The translations under genes were made by a program, and so were the position numbers. A stretch of DNA of 64,000 nt. Origin: Felis catus (lineage: Eukaryota). Below the pieces are notes generated by a model. The model made no database searches and was not told where the DNA came from. It saw nothing but the letters and a program-made list of their open reading frames with translations. Positions 63,170 through 64,000 of this stretch are shown in pieces; position 1 is the first letter of the stretch, and every line of letters begins with the position of its first letter. The stretch is from contig NC_058368.1 of assembly GCF_018350175.1 (NCBI RefSeq), positions 19,904,001 through 19,968,000 on the forward strand, written 5' to 3'.

Positions 63170-63790
63170 CTGCTTCTATCCTTGCCTTTTGTAACTCTAT
63201 TTGCAACACCGCAACAAAATCATTTTTCAGAGACTAAGTTAGATCATGTCATTTCTCTGTTCAGAATCCTCCAATGGCTTCCCACCTCATTTGAAAGGCC
63301 AAAGCGTTCACACTGCCCTGTAAGACCTTATGTAATCTGTTCACCCCCACTTCGCACCCTGTCTCTCCGACTTAACCTCCTCTCCCTTACTTACTCAGTG
63401 GACTCTTTGCTGCTCCTTAACTATGCCAGGTACTCCTGCCTCAGGGCCTTTGCACTTGTGGTTTCCTCCACCTGGAATCCTCTTCTTCAAAGTCACATCT
63501 CCTTTAAGACCTTCCTCAAATGCCACCTTCCCTGACCCTCCTGTTTAATACTGTAACTTCTCCCCCATTCCCACCACTGTGTAGTCTCCTTTCCTGCCCT
63601 GATTTCTCTATGGCATTTCTCTACTTACCACTTTATTTTGTTTATAATCTATCTTCCCCTCTCTCCGTACCACCCCCCCACCCCCCGCCAGTGTAAGAGC
63701 CACATCAGGGGTTTTGTGTGTTTTCTTTATTGCTGTATCCTAATCCTCAGCATGGTGATGGCACTCTCCGTGGGGTGAATGAATGATTTC
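63170..63790 (-). mobile_element. L2 3' region
   Basis: AGATCATGTCATTTCTCTGTTCAGAATCCTCCAATGGCTTCCCA, CCTCAGGGCCTTTGCACTTG, TGAATGAATGA end. Confidence 0.75.
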
Positions 63791-64000
63791 ATGAATGGTG
63801 CTAGGGGCTTTTACGTATGTCATCTCACTTAACATATTTCGGCAAAGATCTGATTTTCATAATAATACATCACTAGATAGTAGCTGTTATTATAATTACA
63901 TATTTTTATATTCAACAATCGCTGTTTCCTGAAATTAAAACTGGACTGAAAGCATCTTGAAGTTCTTGAAGCCAGAATTTGAGCAACACTGTTTATTTTA

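Noticed and set aside
1..64000. A novel multi-gene, defence or CRISPR-like system
   Set aside because: The window holds one coding exon, and the repeated sequences I saw are explained by known mammalian transposon classes and microsatellites.

Overview
This is mammalian genomic DNA, almost certainly from a cat or other felid, judging by about 36 carnivore tRNA-Lys-derived SINEs (including young Felis-type copies) and a felid-type L1 3' end. It is not prokaryotic. The only protein-coding sequence I can support is coding exon 1 of WDFY2 (WD repeat and FYVE domain-containing 2) on the minus strand at 37939-37803. It lies in a CpG-island promoter of roughly 37.4-38.9 kb. Bases 1-37802 are WDFY2 intron 1 (I did not find exon 2), and 38.9-64 kb is upstream intergenic DNA. 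The rest is interspersed repeats (CanSINE, L1, L2, MIR, MLT1/ERVL LTRs, MER DNA transposons) and microsatellites. Repeat family names come from recalled consensus sequences, not a search, and boundaries of old repeats are approximate. I found no convincing novel biological system. The best testable leads are: (1) an out-of-frame uORF overlapping the WDFY2 start codon; (2) an in-frame strong-Kozak ATG 159 codons upstream; (3) a ZNF143/ETS/NRF1-rich, possibly bidirectional promoter; (4) a pristine, probably very recent sense-oriented SINE in intron 1; (5) a candidate SINE-derived poison exon; (6) several multi-level nested insertions.
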